Shown: piece after piece, positions 15,251 through 28,400 of the stretch
Position numbering within the stretch: position 1 is the stretch's first letter
Layout: every line of letters starts with the position of its first letter
From: the human T2T-CHM13v2.0 reference genome, Homo sapiens
DNA: 64,000 bases
Direction: 5' to 3' (one strand)
Assembly (NCBI RefSeq): GCF_009914755.1
Contig: NC_060947.1
Made by a program: the position numbers and the translations under genes
Notes under the pieces: model-generated
Told to the model about the DNA's origin: nothing
Seen by the model: only the letters and a program-made list of their open reading frames with translations
Database searches by the model: none

Positions 15251-17623
15251 CCGCAAAGTACCAGAAATGGGGATCTCTGCTAAATAGGAAGGTGCTGACG
15301 AAAAGTGGCGTGAGTGAGGAGAAACAGTGGGGTGAGGGTGTCAGCGAGGGTGATTACAGGCTGAGGATGATTGCATCATGGAAAAACTCCAGAGATCTGG
15401 CACGTTCTCCAGCTACCCTTTTAGTTTGTATCCCTCCCTCACTCTGTCACACAGAAGCATTCTGTTGTTAACAGTGTATTTCTTTAAAGCTTTATATACA
15501 GCCTGGCTCTGTGCAGTCCTTGCATTGCAGGCAGGCTAGGAAAAGGATAACTTCAGAGGGAGGACATTTTCTTCAACCAGGGAATTTTACCTGGGAGTAC
15601 ATTATGGCACAAAATTACCTAATCATTTTGAAAGGCATATTTTGGTGGATTAAGACTAAAGTGCCTCCATGACTTCGCAGAGATGCAAAGAAAATGCATA
15701 TATGTTGTCAGGAGTTGTTTAATTCTTGTGCCAGGAGCCCCTTTTCTCCAATGGTCCCCAGTGCTCTCTGAGGGTGCCTCACACTTCTTTCGGCTCAAGG
15801 TTTTATCCCTGGACCTGAGAAGGTAACCCAGCTAATCATCCAATCCTTTCCATTTGCAAGTACTCTAGGTTTGGTTACTGTAGATCTCCCAGTGACAATT
15901 ATACATTGCCCGAGGTTCCAAAACAGTAGAACAAAAACAGATCAAATAGCAGAAATGGGTGTATGCACCTCCAAGGTCAAAGTCTGGCTAGCCATCAAGC
16001 TGAGCTGTTCTCCATCCTCCACTGCTCTTGACCTTTTCATGATATTAGGCATCATTTATCAACCATTAGTGCATCTTTCTAATTTTTAGCTTCCATGATA
16101 CTATATGATGCCTACCTATTCCATTCTTTCTTTCTCACTCTCTTTTCCCTCCTCACCCTCTTATGATAGACACTCCTCAAAATCCAGCCTTCTACCTTTA
16201 CACAGTTCTCTTTCTATACTGTTTCATAGACTGTATCTATTCTCTTGGTTCCAGCTATATCATACCACTATGTTATACTTCAAGATTCAATTCTAATTAT
16301 TTTTGAACCATGAATCTTTTCTGTTCTTCCCCAAATGATTTCTTGTTGCCTTAAACTTCTCTGATACTCAAGTCTATAAGTTTATAAGCCAGTCTAATAC
16401 TTAAAATACATAAAATATATCATTGCAATAAAAGAAAATCTTGGAGATATGACAATTGAAAGACTATCCTTCTTCTGTCAATTTAATATGTAAACAAACA
16501 GGTTCCTGCTCCAGGGGTGATAACTGCTTCTTAGAGCTTAGCTCCCATACCCCAATCCAGAAGTCCTTTATGGACAGGGGATTGAGCTCTTCCAACCTCT
16601 TTCTGCTGTCCTTCCACCAGTTTCCATATGCCGCTACTAAGAGTGATACATTTTGACTGTCTCTATCCCCATCTATCTCCAATCCTTAGTCAGAGTTCAG
16701 TTACACTTTTTTTTCTCAGTTGGTAATTTATTTTTATCTCTACTACTGTCTTAGCAGATCAACTATTTGGTTTGGTTCCTTGAGGACAAGTCTCTACCAC
16801 AGCTAATCAAAGTAGCCCAGCCTTCTGTTGTCCCCACTGCCTAAGGCCAGCTAATTCTGAAGCACCTCAAAGTTCTCTACCTTCCCCTTTCCAATGCCAC
16901 TACTGGTACTCTCACCATTGGCACCACTACTGCTCCTATTCCTCCCAGAGATGGTAAAAACACATCATTTACTTAATATTTTGTGTGTGGAATAGCAGAA
17001 CACACACACACACACACACCACCTTGTCACTACCAGCTTCACCAAAAATCCAACCCAAAACAACAGCTGCAAGACATACATTGGAATACTGTCACCTCTA
17101 TTCGCACTCAGCCCCAGCCCCTCAGATTATTGACAAAACAATGGATCCCTTATGTCATAAAAATAAAACTTATGTTTGTCTCTATAGAGGAAGGGGCTGA
17201 CTAACACAAGCAGTTCAGCTGTCAGCAAAGAAAGGCAAAGGAAATGCTTTTCCTCTCAAATCTGCAGCACAATGAATGTGGGGACTGCAATGGGTCTAAC
17301 GTAGACTTCAGGTACCTCTTGGGCAGACTGTTTTCAGATTTGAAAGCATGGGCCTATTTTTATACTCACTCAAACTGTCTGTCGTAGCAAGAGGGGAAAT
17401 GTCCTTCCTTCGTGGACTGGAGTCCCAGAGTTCCTAGGCATATACAGATAACCAGAGAACCTATACTTAGAATGGATCTAAATCTCTGGGCTCCTGGAAT
17501 GGTGCCTTGCATTAGAGTTGTTTGAGAATGAGTCTTATCTTCCCAAGTTCTTTGTCGGGTACTAGGAACCGGGATGCTGTATTATATATTTAATACACTT
17601 GTCTGCTGTTAGGTCAAGTTCTT

Positions 17624-18258
<635 letters not shown>

Positions 18259-18608
18259 TAAAGTTACTATAAAGAGCATTAGGCTCAGACGCTCTGGGCT
18301 GGCATTCTACTAATAGGATGTGCCTGCTTTCATTTATTTTTCTACTAATTTTTATCATGACAATTTTCAAACATACAAAAGCATAATAACCATATCGATT
18401 TCCATGTATCAATCATCCAGCTTCAATATTTATCAACAATTTACCAATCCTATCTCATCGATAGATGCTATTTTCCCTTGTACTTAAATATTGTGAAGCA
18501 GATCGAACACATCAGAAGTATGCATCTCTAACAATCCTTTTAAAAATCAGGATTTAATTATTGAAATATAATTTATGTAAAGTGTATCAATTTTAGTAAG
18601 AATGTTTT

Positions 18609-18858
18609 CTTTTTAATTTTTAATTTATTTATACTAATTATACACATTTATGGGGTACATAATGATGTTTCCATACATATAATGTATAGTGATCAGATCA
18701 GGGTAATTAGCATAGCCATCATCTCAAGCATTTATTATTTCTTTGTATTGGGAACATTTAATATCCTTCTTCCAGCTATTTTAAACTATATATTACTGTT
18801 AACTATAGTCATCCCTACAGTGGTATAAAACACTAGAATTTATTTCCCCTATCTGGAG
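18609..18858 (-). mobile_element. L1MA6/7-like 3' end
   Basis: TACACATTTATGGGGTACATAATGATGTTT...GATCAGATCAGGGTAATTAGCATA, preceded by a T-rich tail. Confidence 0.8.
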
Positions 18859-18879
18859 TGTTTTTTAAACCACTTTATT

Positions 18880-19097
18880 TTTTTAACTTTTATTTTAAGT
18901 TCAGGGGTACATGTGTGGGTTTGTTACATAGGTAAATGTGTGTCGTGGAGATTTGTTGTACAGATTATTTTATCACCCAAGTATTAAGTCCATTAGTTAT
19001 TTTTCCTAATCCTCTCCCTCCTTCCACCCTCCACCTTTTCAATAGGCCTCAGTGGGTGTTGTTCCCTTCTATGTGTCCATGTGTTCTCGTCATTTAG
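18880..19097 (-). mobile_element. 5'-truncated older L1PA (PA13-like) 3' end
   Basis: TTTTAAGTTCAGGGGTACATGTG...GTTTGTTACATAGGTAAA. Perfect 14-bp TSD TAAACCACTTTATT at 18866-18879 and 19098-19111. Confidence 0.9.
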
Positions 19098-19787
19098 TAA
19101 ACCACTTTATTAAGGTCTGATTGAGATACAAACAGTTGTACATTTTAAATGTGTACAACTTGATGAGTTTGGAGATAAGTACACACCGCTGGAACCATTA
19201 CCACAATCAAGGCCATAAATATATCCATCACCTCTAAAAGCTTCCTCTGCTACATTTATTTATCCATTCATTCTTTCATTTATGTGTGTATGCATGTACG
19301 TATGTATGTATGTGTAGATGGTAAGAACAATGAAGATCTCCTCTCTTAGCAAAATTCTAAGTATACACTACAATATCACTTACTACAGGCACTACGCTAT
19401 AGAGTAGATCTCCAAAATTTATTCATCTTATATAACTGAGACTTTGTCATCTTTGTTCAATATTTCCTAATTTCCCCCTTCCCCTCCCTCTGGCAACCAC
19501 CTTTCTACTCTGCTGCTATGAGTTCGACTATTCAAGATGCCTTATATAAGCAGGATAATGAAGTATTTGTCTGTTTGTGTATGGCATATTTCACATAGCA
19601 TAATGTCCTACCAGTTCATCCATGCTGTTGCAAGTAGCAGGATTTCTTTTGTTTTAAAGGCTGAATAATATTCCATTGTGTATGTGTATACTACATTTTC
19701 TTTATCCATTCATCTAATAATGGGTATTTAGTGGATTCCATATCTTGGCTGTTGTAAATAATGCTGCAATGAACATGAGAGTGCAGA
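19098..19787 (-). mobile_element. L1MA10/L1MB-like 3' end
   Basis: GTGTACAACTTGATGAGTTTGGAGATAAGTA...GCTGAATAATATTCCATTGTG...GCTGCAATGAACATG. Confidence 0.8.
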
Positions 19788-21574
19788 AAAAGAAATAAAG
19801 GCCATTTAAATCTGAAAGACAGAAGCGAAATTATCTCTGCTTGAAGATAATATTACCTTATATATAGATCTCTCTGAAAACTCCACCAAAAGACCCTGTT
19901 AGAACAAACAAATTTAGTAAAGTTGCAAGATACAAAATCAGTATACAAAAATCAGTTGTGTTTCTGTATGCTAATAATGAACTATTCTAAAGGAAAATTA
20001 AGGAAGTACTCCGATTTACAACAGCATCAAAAAGAATAAAACACCTGGGAATCATCTAAACCAAGGAGGTGAAAAGCTTAAACACTGAAAACTACAAAAC
20101 ATTGGCGAAAGAAATTAAAGGACACATAAATAAATTATAGGACCCCATGTTAATGGATTGGAAGAATTAGGATGGTTTAAATGTTCATACTGCCCAAAGT
20201 GATTGATCTATATATTCAGTGCCATCCCTATCAAAATCCCAATGGTAGCAGGGCATAGTGGCTCACACCTATAACCTCACAGCTTTGGGAGGCCAAAGTG
20301 GGAGGATTGCTTGAGGCCAGGAGTTTGAGACCAGCCTGGACAACATGGGGAGACCCCATCTCTCTAAATTTTTTTTTTAATTAGCTAGGTGTGGTAATGC
20401 ATGCCTGTAAACCCAACTACTCAGGATGGTGAGGTGGGAGGATTGCTGAAGCACAGGAGTTCAAGGCTGCAGTGAGCTATGATAGCACCACTGCACTCCC
20501 GTCTAGGAAACAGAGTGAGACCCCATCCCTAAAAAAAAAAAATAATAATAATAATCCCAATGGCATTTTTTACAGAAAGAGAAAAATAATCCTAAAATTC
20601 ATATGGAACCACAAAAGACTCTGAATTGCTAAGAGTACACAATGGGGAAAGGATAGTCTTTTTAATAATTAGTGTTGGGAAAACTGGATATTCACATGCA
20701 AAACAGTGAAATTGGACTCTTATTTTACACCATGCACAAAAATCAACTCAATATGAATTAAAGATTTAAACATAAAGCCTGAAACCATAAAACCCCTAGA
20801 AGAAAACATAGGAAAATAGCTTTTCACACTACTCTTCTAACGATTTCTTGGATATGACACTAAAAGCACAGGCAACAAAATGAAAAAAAAAATAGACAAA
20901 TAAGACTCCATCAAACTAAAAAGCTTCTGCATAGCAAAGACATCAATCAACAAAATGAAAAGGCAACCAAGAAATGGGAAAAAATACTTGCAGATTTTAG
21001 ATCTGATGAGGTTAATATCCAAAACATGTAAGAAACTCACATAACTTGATAGCAAAAAGCCTTTAAATAATCTGATTTTAAAAATGGGTAAATGACATGC
21101 ATGTACCTTTACCCAAAGACAGAAATGGTCAACAGGTGTGTAAAAAGATGCTTGATATAACTCATTGTAAGGGAAATGCAAGTGAAAACCACAGTGAGAT
21201 ATCTACCACCTCACACCTGTTAGAAAAGCTATTATCCAAACTAAAGATAACAAGTGCTGGTGAGGGGGTGATGAAAAGGAAACCCTTGTACACTGTTAGT
21301 GGGAATGTAGATTGGTACAACCATTATGGAAAATAGTAAGGAGGTTCTTCAAAAATTAAAAATAGTACTACCGCATGACCCACCAATCCCTCTTGCGGAT
21401 ATATACCCAAAGGAAATAAAATCACCACCTCATCTAAATATCTGCATTCCCATGTTTATTACAGCATTATTCACAATAGCCAAGATATGGAAGCAACCTA
21501 ATTGCCCCAGGATGGATGAATGGATAAAGAAAATATGTTATATACACAAAATGGGATATTATTCGACCTTACAG
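19785..21574 (+). mobile_element. L1MA-type ORF2 segment (RT to C-terminus), degraded, with an Alu inside
   Basis: GATACAAAATCAGTATACAAAAATCAGTTG and ORF 21326-21619 ([20 protein letters not shown]). Internal deletion near 20632. Confidence 0.85.
20248..20552 (+). mobile_element. AluJ
   Basis: J diagnostics (GGAGGATTGCTTGAGGCCAGGAGTT, GGCTGCAGTGAGCTATGAT). TSD AATCCCAATGG on both sides. Confidence 0.93.
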
Positions 21575-21585
21575 AAGAATGTTTT

Positions 21586-23690
21586 TAGTACAACCACAAT
21601 ACCATCACGACCCAAGTAAAATTAACAATAATTTCTAAATATCTTCTAATACATGTTCCATATTCAAATTCTCATAATTGTCTCCAAACTGTCTTTTTAC
21701 AGTTGAGTTGTTTAAATCAAGATGTCAGCATGGTTCACACATTGCATTTGGTTTTTAAGTCTCATAAGTCTCTTTTACTTTATAACAGTTCCGCTATTCC
21801 TTTTTTTTTTTTCCTCCTATGAAATGAATTTGCTAAAGAAAGCAGACCATGCTTCTCTGTAGATTTAACTAAGTTATGGATTTGGCCAATTGTATCATCC
21901 TGGTATAATTTAATAGGTTCCCCCATTCTTTGTATTTCCTGAAATTAGATGTTAGCTGTAAAGGCATCATTAAATTTAGCTCCCCTCTCTTTTTGCAAGT
22001 GTATTTCAAGAGCAGCATATAACTGCCTATTGCATCCCATCGGGAGGTACATGAAGACTGGCTCCTCTACTTGTAGTAATGCTAAGATTGATCAGTGGGT
22101 TCAAGTGTTTTAAGCCTGATCCATCTATCTTAAATTTGCCCACCTACTTTTCACTTAAAAATTGTAGCACCCTTAGATAATTTTTGCCTGGACCCAATCT
22201 AGCATTTTCTGAGAGTTTACACAATTATAATTTTCTGGTCCTGAGTTTATTAGTTTGAGTTCTAAAAATAATGTTTTCTTAGAAGCTGTTCATTTACCCT
22301 GAAATACAGTTCAAACACAACTGGCAGGTTAAATGTTGCATTATCATACTTTATTTACCAATTTTTAGAATAATGAGTTGATTCCTTAGTAAACTCCAAA
22401 GTAGACTATTTTTTAGCATTATGAATTATCTTCTCTTTATATATTTCATGTGTCCATTGCGCTCATTAGTCCTATAATGCTCAAATTGTTCTAACTTTGA
22501 CAGCAGGATTTCCCTAAGGTTGGCTTCTGTGTTGCTTTAACAGGACCCAGTAGATATTGCTTCTGGCACTAGATACCCCAAGCTCATCTTGTACATACCC
22601 TGTCTCAGACCTGAAATATCCCATTTCTCCTAGGAATTCAGGTTCATTTAATAGGGATTGGTATTTAAGATGACAATTTGGTAGCTAGGGGTAAGCGTTA
22701 CTTCAATGCTTTTATTCAGAAAGTTGAGGTGAGAAAATTGTAATTTTTAGAAAAAGAAAACTAAATCCTGAGTACATAGTGATATTTCAATTTCACATGC
22801 GAGATCACATGTTAAATACAAAATTGTATCATACAGTGTAATCTCTTTTGTCTTATCAAAATTTAAGTTCCTAATGATATTGATATCATTTTTTGCTTTC
22901 CCTCTCTCTTCTCTCTCCATATAGATTCAAAATAATACTGTAATATTCTAACAATGAGATTTCTGATTGCAGTTTAAGATTTATTTCTGTTTTATTTTTG
23001 TCCTCTGAATATATGCTACTAAGAAAGTAGTGCAAAAATACTCTGTTTTAAAGTCACTTAAAATAATTCTTTCTTGTGTGTTTATCTACCAATTTGATAT
23101 GTAAAACATTTTTCAGTATGTTATACATTTTTAAGAATTTACCTTTAAAATCTTTTGTTTCAGAATCATTTAAATCATTTACACACTTACCGAGTCAAAA
23201 CTATAGAAAAAGTTAGTTTCAGAGAAATATAGATTCTATTTTCTTCCAAGCTGTACTTCCCTTCTTTCCTATAAGTAACCATTTTTATTAGTTTATCTTT
23301 TGCTTCTTTTTAAAGTTAAAAATAGCACACATGTACAAATGAAATATATCACATAGATTGTTCTGCATCCTGCATTTGACAGTATGTCCTGGAGCTACCA
23401 CTCCACAGGATATAGATCTTCCTGTTTGCTTTTTACAGCTGCATAACACTCCTATGGGTGGATGTCCTACAGTTTACTCAGCCAGTTCCCTCTTGATAAA
23501 CAGTTACATTATTTCTAGTGTCTTTTTAATTAAGCTATTGTAATTAATAGCTGTTTACTTGGATCATTTCTTATTTTTGTGATGCCTGCCTTGAGACTGA
23601 TTTCTAGAAGTGAGGTTGCTGGTCAAAGGGTAAGTGCATATTTATTTTTGCTAGATATTGTCAAATTACTATTTTCATTCTCAGACAACT
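21586..23690 (-). mobile_element. Ancient L1MC/ME 3' region remnants
   Basis: CAACCACAATACCATC...AAATTAACAATAATTTC and TCACACATTGCATTTGGTT motifs typical of the L1MC4/5 reverse strand. Highly diverged, so boundaries are approximate. Confidence 0.6.
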
Positions 23691-25249
23691 CATATATACA
23701 TACCTGATTCATTTGCAAAACTGCAGTAATAATATCTCCTCCCAGAAATAGTGTGACACTAAAATGGCTAATGGAAATCAAAACACTTTGAAAAAAATGT
23801 AAAGCAATAAACAGATATAGTGATCAGTATTAATAAATAACAATCCATTGTTAGAGATGATTCATGTAGCCACACAAATGTCTGCCCATCATCTCATTGA
23901 GTCTAAGACTGAAGTGAAGAACCAACTTCAGACATAGGAAGAGAGACAGAAAAGAAATAGAAGTATGTAAGAAGCTATTGGGACCATAATAGAAAAAAAA
24001 TAACATTGGCCTTGGTCTGGAGAGAATGGGGAAGCCAAAATTGGAACTGAGTTTTGAAGGAGACAGGAATGTGCCAGATGGGGGTAATAGGGCAATATCA
24101 GGTCAGAAGTGGAGAGGCTGCCCCAGCAAGAAAGGAGTGAAATTTTACTGGGAGAGTAAAAATTCAGGTATGGGAAAGCTTAGAAAACACTCAAGAGGAT
24201 GGCATGAGATGTTAGAGAAATGGGTTGGGACTAGGGTGTAAAGGGTTATGGATACTATGCAAGGGGATTTTCACTTTACACAATATATAGTTTTGTGTGT
24301 CCGTATGTTTGTGTGTGTGAAGCGGGTTGGCCTGTAATTTTTCCCAAATCTCATACTTCTATATTTCTCACAAAAGTAAAGGCCAGCACTAAATAGCAAC
24401 TGATTAGCATTAAATACATGCACATTATATATTATATACTATGAAGTGATATTCAAACTATCCATAAAGAGTTCCTCTAGAAATAATTGTTTCAACGACC
24501 AACTGCATGAAAAAGAATTCTTATTATACCAAGTCACATTTTGCCTTTGGTGACACTTTCTGAAAACAGACAGATAAAACAAAAGCAATCACCACCCTCA
24601 CATCTCCATGTCTTCTTCCTGCTATCTGGGACAGTCGACAAATCCAGGGGAGTTGCATACCAATTCTATTACCATGGACTTGGCTAAGCCATTTCACAGG
24701 TGCACGAGATTTCCGGAATATTAACTGAGAGGAGAGGAGGGACTTGAGAGTGCAGCCAGGAAAGGCAGGATCTGTTTTCTCCAAAGCCCCACCACATTCT
24801 TCCTTCTGAGGCTCTGCAGCCTGGAGCTGCCTAAAGACTGACTGCGTGACTAGTCAGAGAAATTAGAGAAATATGTGCTAGGAGTTGGGATCTTAGGGAT
24901 ATGTTTATTTTTATAGCTTTATATAGTTTAGTTTTTGGATTGAAGTAGCTCTTTAGTTCCAAAGTCAACAATAGATGTGCTGTAGCAGGAATAGTTGTTT
25001 CTCTTTTAAAATTTGGTTTTATGAATCTCATGACCCATGTAATCAATTATTCTCGTTTCCTCAGTTGCTAAGAAGCTTATGTCCAAATTTGTGTTCTTCT
25101 CCTAGCAACTTATAGGACTTCCTGTAATTTGAGATTCTAATCTCATCCCTGGCTCTATTTGATATTGCAACTCTTCGGTTTCCTCTTGCTTTGTTTTCTG
25201 CCACTGTTTCTTGGAATTGTGCTTTTTCATTTTCTCTTGGTAATGTTAA

Positions 25250-28200
25250 TATAAAATGATATATGAAATGCAACATATATGCAAATCATAAAGCATAACA
25301 ATATAGTTAACATCCAAATAATAGGTCGTTGCCCATACCTTGCTTCTACCTATGTGTTTTTCCACAAACCCACCTCCCTAAAACTACTATCCTGAATTTT
25401 ATCATTCCCTTGTTTTTTTGAAATAGTTTTATCACACATTTATATAAGTCTAAACAACACATTTCTCAGTTTTTCTTTTTTAAAAGTTGTTTTCTATCAT
25501 ACCATATATGTCTGTGGAGACTTGGTATTTTTGTTTACCCAACATTATGTTTCTAAGATTAATCCATGTTTCTGTGTGTAGTTATGCTCACTTCTTTTTC
25601 ACTACTAGATAATATTCCATTATGTGAAAAATATATACATTTGAAGATAGAGGTATGCTATGTTTTATATATATATATAAACATATATATAAACATATAT
25701 AAACATACATATATAAACATATACACATATATATATATGTTATATATATTTCTCTGTTCTCCAATAGCTAAACATTTGGATTGGATTGTTACTAGTTTGA
25801 GACTGTTACAAATAGCCTATGAAACATACAAATGGCCTATGAAAATTACTATTTAGATCTTCTGATAAAAACATACAAGAATTTCTCTGACACTGTTTGG
25901 TCATAGAGTATGTGAATGCTCTGCTTTGAGAGACAATGACAATTTCTTTTCCCCGGTTCTAATTTACGCTCCCGTTGATACACTTCCTCTGTCTACCTTC
26001 TTAATTTGTTGCCATTCTGGTGGGTGCGTGGTGCTATATTATTTTATTCTTATTTTGTATTTGCATTAGTAAAAGATTTGTGAATCTTTTCATTGTTTAT
26101 CGCCTATAGATATTTCATTGTCTGTGAAGTGCCTGTTTTATGTATTTACCCCACTTTCCTATTGGGTTGTTCATGTTTATCTTATTCAGTTATATTTCTG
26201 ACTTGTTCTGGTCACTAATCCTTTGTTATTTGCTTTACAAATAGCTTCTCCCAGTTAGTGGCTTCATTTTCCCTCTTTTTCTAGTTTGTTTTTTGATGAA
26301 TAGCGATACTTAACTACAGAGCAGTCCAAGATCTTATACTCAGATCTTTTTTCTGTCTTAAAAAACTGTCCCTGCACGAAGGTCATAAAGGTTATCCTAT
26401 ATTTTCGAAAATGTTTAACGTTTTGCATTTCACATTAGAGTCTTCAATGCTTCTGCAATTAGTTTTTATGAATGTTGCAATTTAAGTAACTATCCAATTG
26501 CTTTACATTTTCCACATGGACAACCATTTTCTCCCAGTACCATTTGCTAAAGAGTCCTTCTATTGCCTAGTTATAAGCAAGGACACCTCTGTCATATAAC
26601 AAAGTTCTATATATGCATTCACATTTCTTGGGTCTTTATCCTAATTTGTTGGCCAATTTGGTTTTTAAAAGTTTTATGTTTAATTGACAAATAGTCATTG
26701 TATATATTTATGGGGTACAATGTAATGTTTCAATACATGTATGGTCAATTTGTTTTAACACATTTTACTACCACATTGTCTTAGTTGTAACAGCTTTATA
26801 ATAAGTCTTGATTTTTGGAAGGGAAAGCTCTCCTGTCCCCATTGCAGACTGACAAAGATCTGATTGTTAAGTTTAAAAACTGACTTCTTATATTATAGTC
26901 TTTGCACTTTATATAAAGAAATCATACAGTATAGACTCTTTCGTGCTTGTTTTTCTCATCGTTATGTCTGTGAGATTTACATATACTGTTGATATAGCGA
27001 TAGCTCATTTATTTTCACAGCTGTCATTGCTGTATGGTATTCTGTTTTATAAAGATATCTTTTTTTTTCTCTACTTTACTATAAAATGGATATTTGGGTT
27101 GTTTCCAGTTTTCTTGTTTTTGTTTCTTTATATTGATTTTTCTTTACTCTTGACCTATTAAGAAAGGTGTGTTAAAATTTTCCACTAAGTATGCAACAGT
27201 GAATGTATCAATTTCCCCATATAATTGTGTCAACCTTTTGCCTTATCAATTTTGACATATTTGTTATGTTCATGCAAGTTTAGAATTATGTTATCTTCCT
27301 GATGAGTTGAACTTTTTCAACTTCATGTAGTGACCCTCTTCATTTTAATAGGCTTTTTTGTTGTCTTAAAGTCTGTTGGGTCAGATATTTATATAACAAT
27401 ATTCTTTTCCTTTTAGTCAGTATTTACCCAGCATATTTTTATCTCATACTTCAGTTTTTTTACTTCTGTGCTCATGCTTTAGGTGCATCTTTCAAAAAGA
27501 CCTAGTGATGGTTGTAATTTTTCCATTTTTATCCAATATAGTAACTACTGTTTTTAATTGGTAAGTTTAGTCCATTTATAATCACTTACTATGTATTAGG
27601 ATTTGTTTCCATTACCGTATCTTACTTTTTTATTTCTATTTGTTGTGCTTAAAAACGTTTTCCTTCTCTTTCACCATCCTCTAGAGGTTTCTTTGAGTGT
27701 AAGTCACTGGGGGTTAAAGTTTCACAGTTTATGATGATATTCAAATACCTTTATTTTGCTTTATAGAGAAATAGTTTTCTGAGTATAACATTCTAAGTTG
27801 TTATATTTTCTCTAAACATTTTTCTCATTTTGATTTTGCTGTTTAGTAGTCTGCTATCTATCTAATTGTCTTTCCTTTGCAGGCAATCTTTCCTATTTTA
27901 TTACTTTTAATATATCTTTGTCTTTGATGTTCTGTAGGTTCTCTACAATGAGCCTTTGCATTAGTATTTTTTGGTTTATCATGCTTGGAATTCATTGTGT
28001 TTTCTATATCTGTTCACATTTTCCATCACTTCTGAAAATTTCACATCCTGGTGAGAATCCCAAAAGGAATGAATAGAAAGAATGCAAGAAGGCAACTTGG
28101 TGAACTAGCTGTAGTTCATTCATTTTCATAACTAAATAGTACCCTATTTTATGAAAATATTATCACATTTCTATTCTACTAGTTACATTTTAATTTCTAC

Positions 28201-28400
28201 AACTTCTAAACTTACCAAAATTTCTAGTCTATTACTAATGGCCTCTTATTGTTTGCAATTGCTTTCTTTTAAAAAATCATTTCAAACACAACAGTTTTAT
28301 ATTACATGCGTTACAATCTCTATATCAATAGTTATGGGAGTCATAATGTGTTCTGGTTTTTTCTGCTGATTTTTTCTCATTGCTGTTTTTTTTGTGTGTG
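25250..28400 (-). mobile_element. Ancient L1M remnants with a TA-rich tract at about 25666-25750
   Basis: T-rich strand with L1 reverse motifs (CCATTTTCTCCCAGTACCATTTGCTAAAGAG, GGTAAGTTTAGTCCATTTA). Confidence 0.55.

Noticed and set aside
17370-17433. Possible 64-nt minus-strand exon (CCTAG|...|GTGAGT)
   Set aside because: The pyrimidine tract is poor and the peptides are unrecognised; such site pairs are expected by chance.
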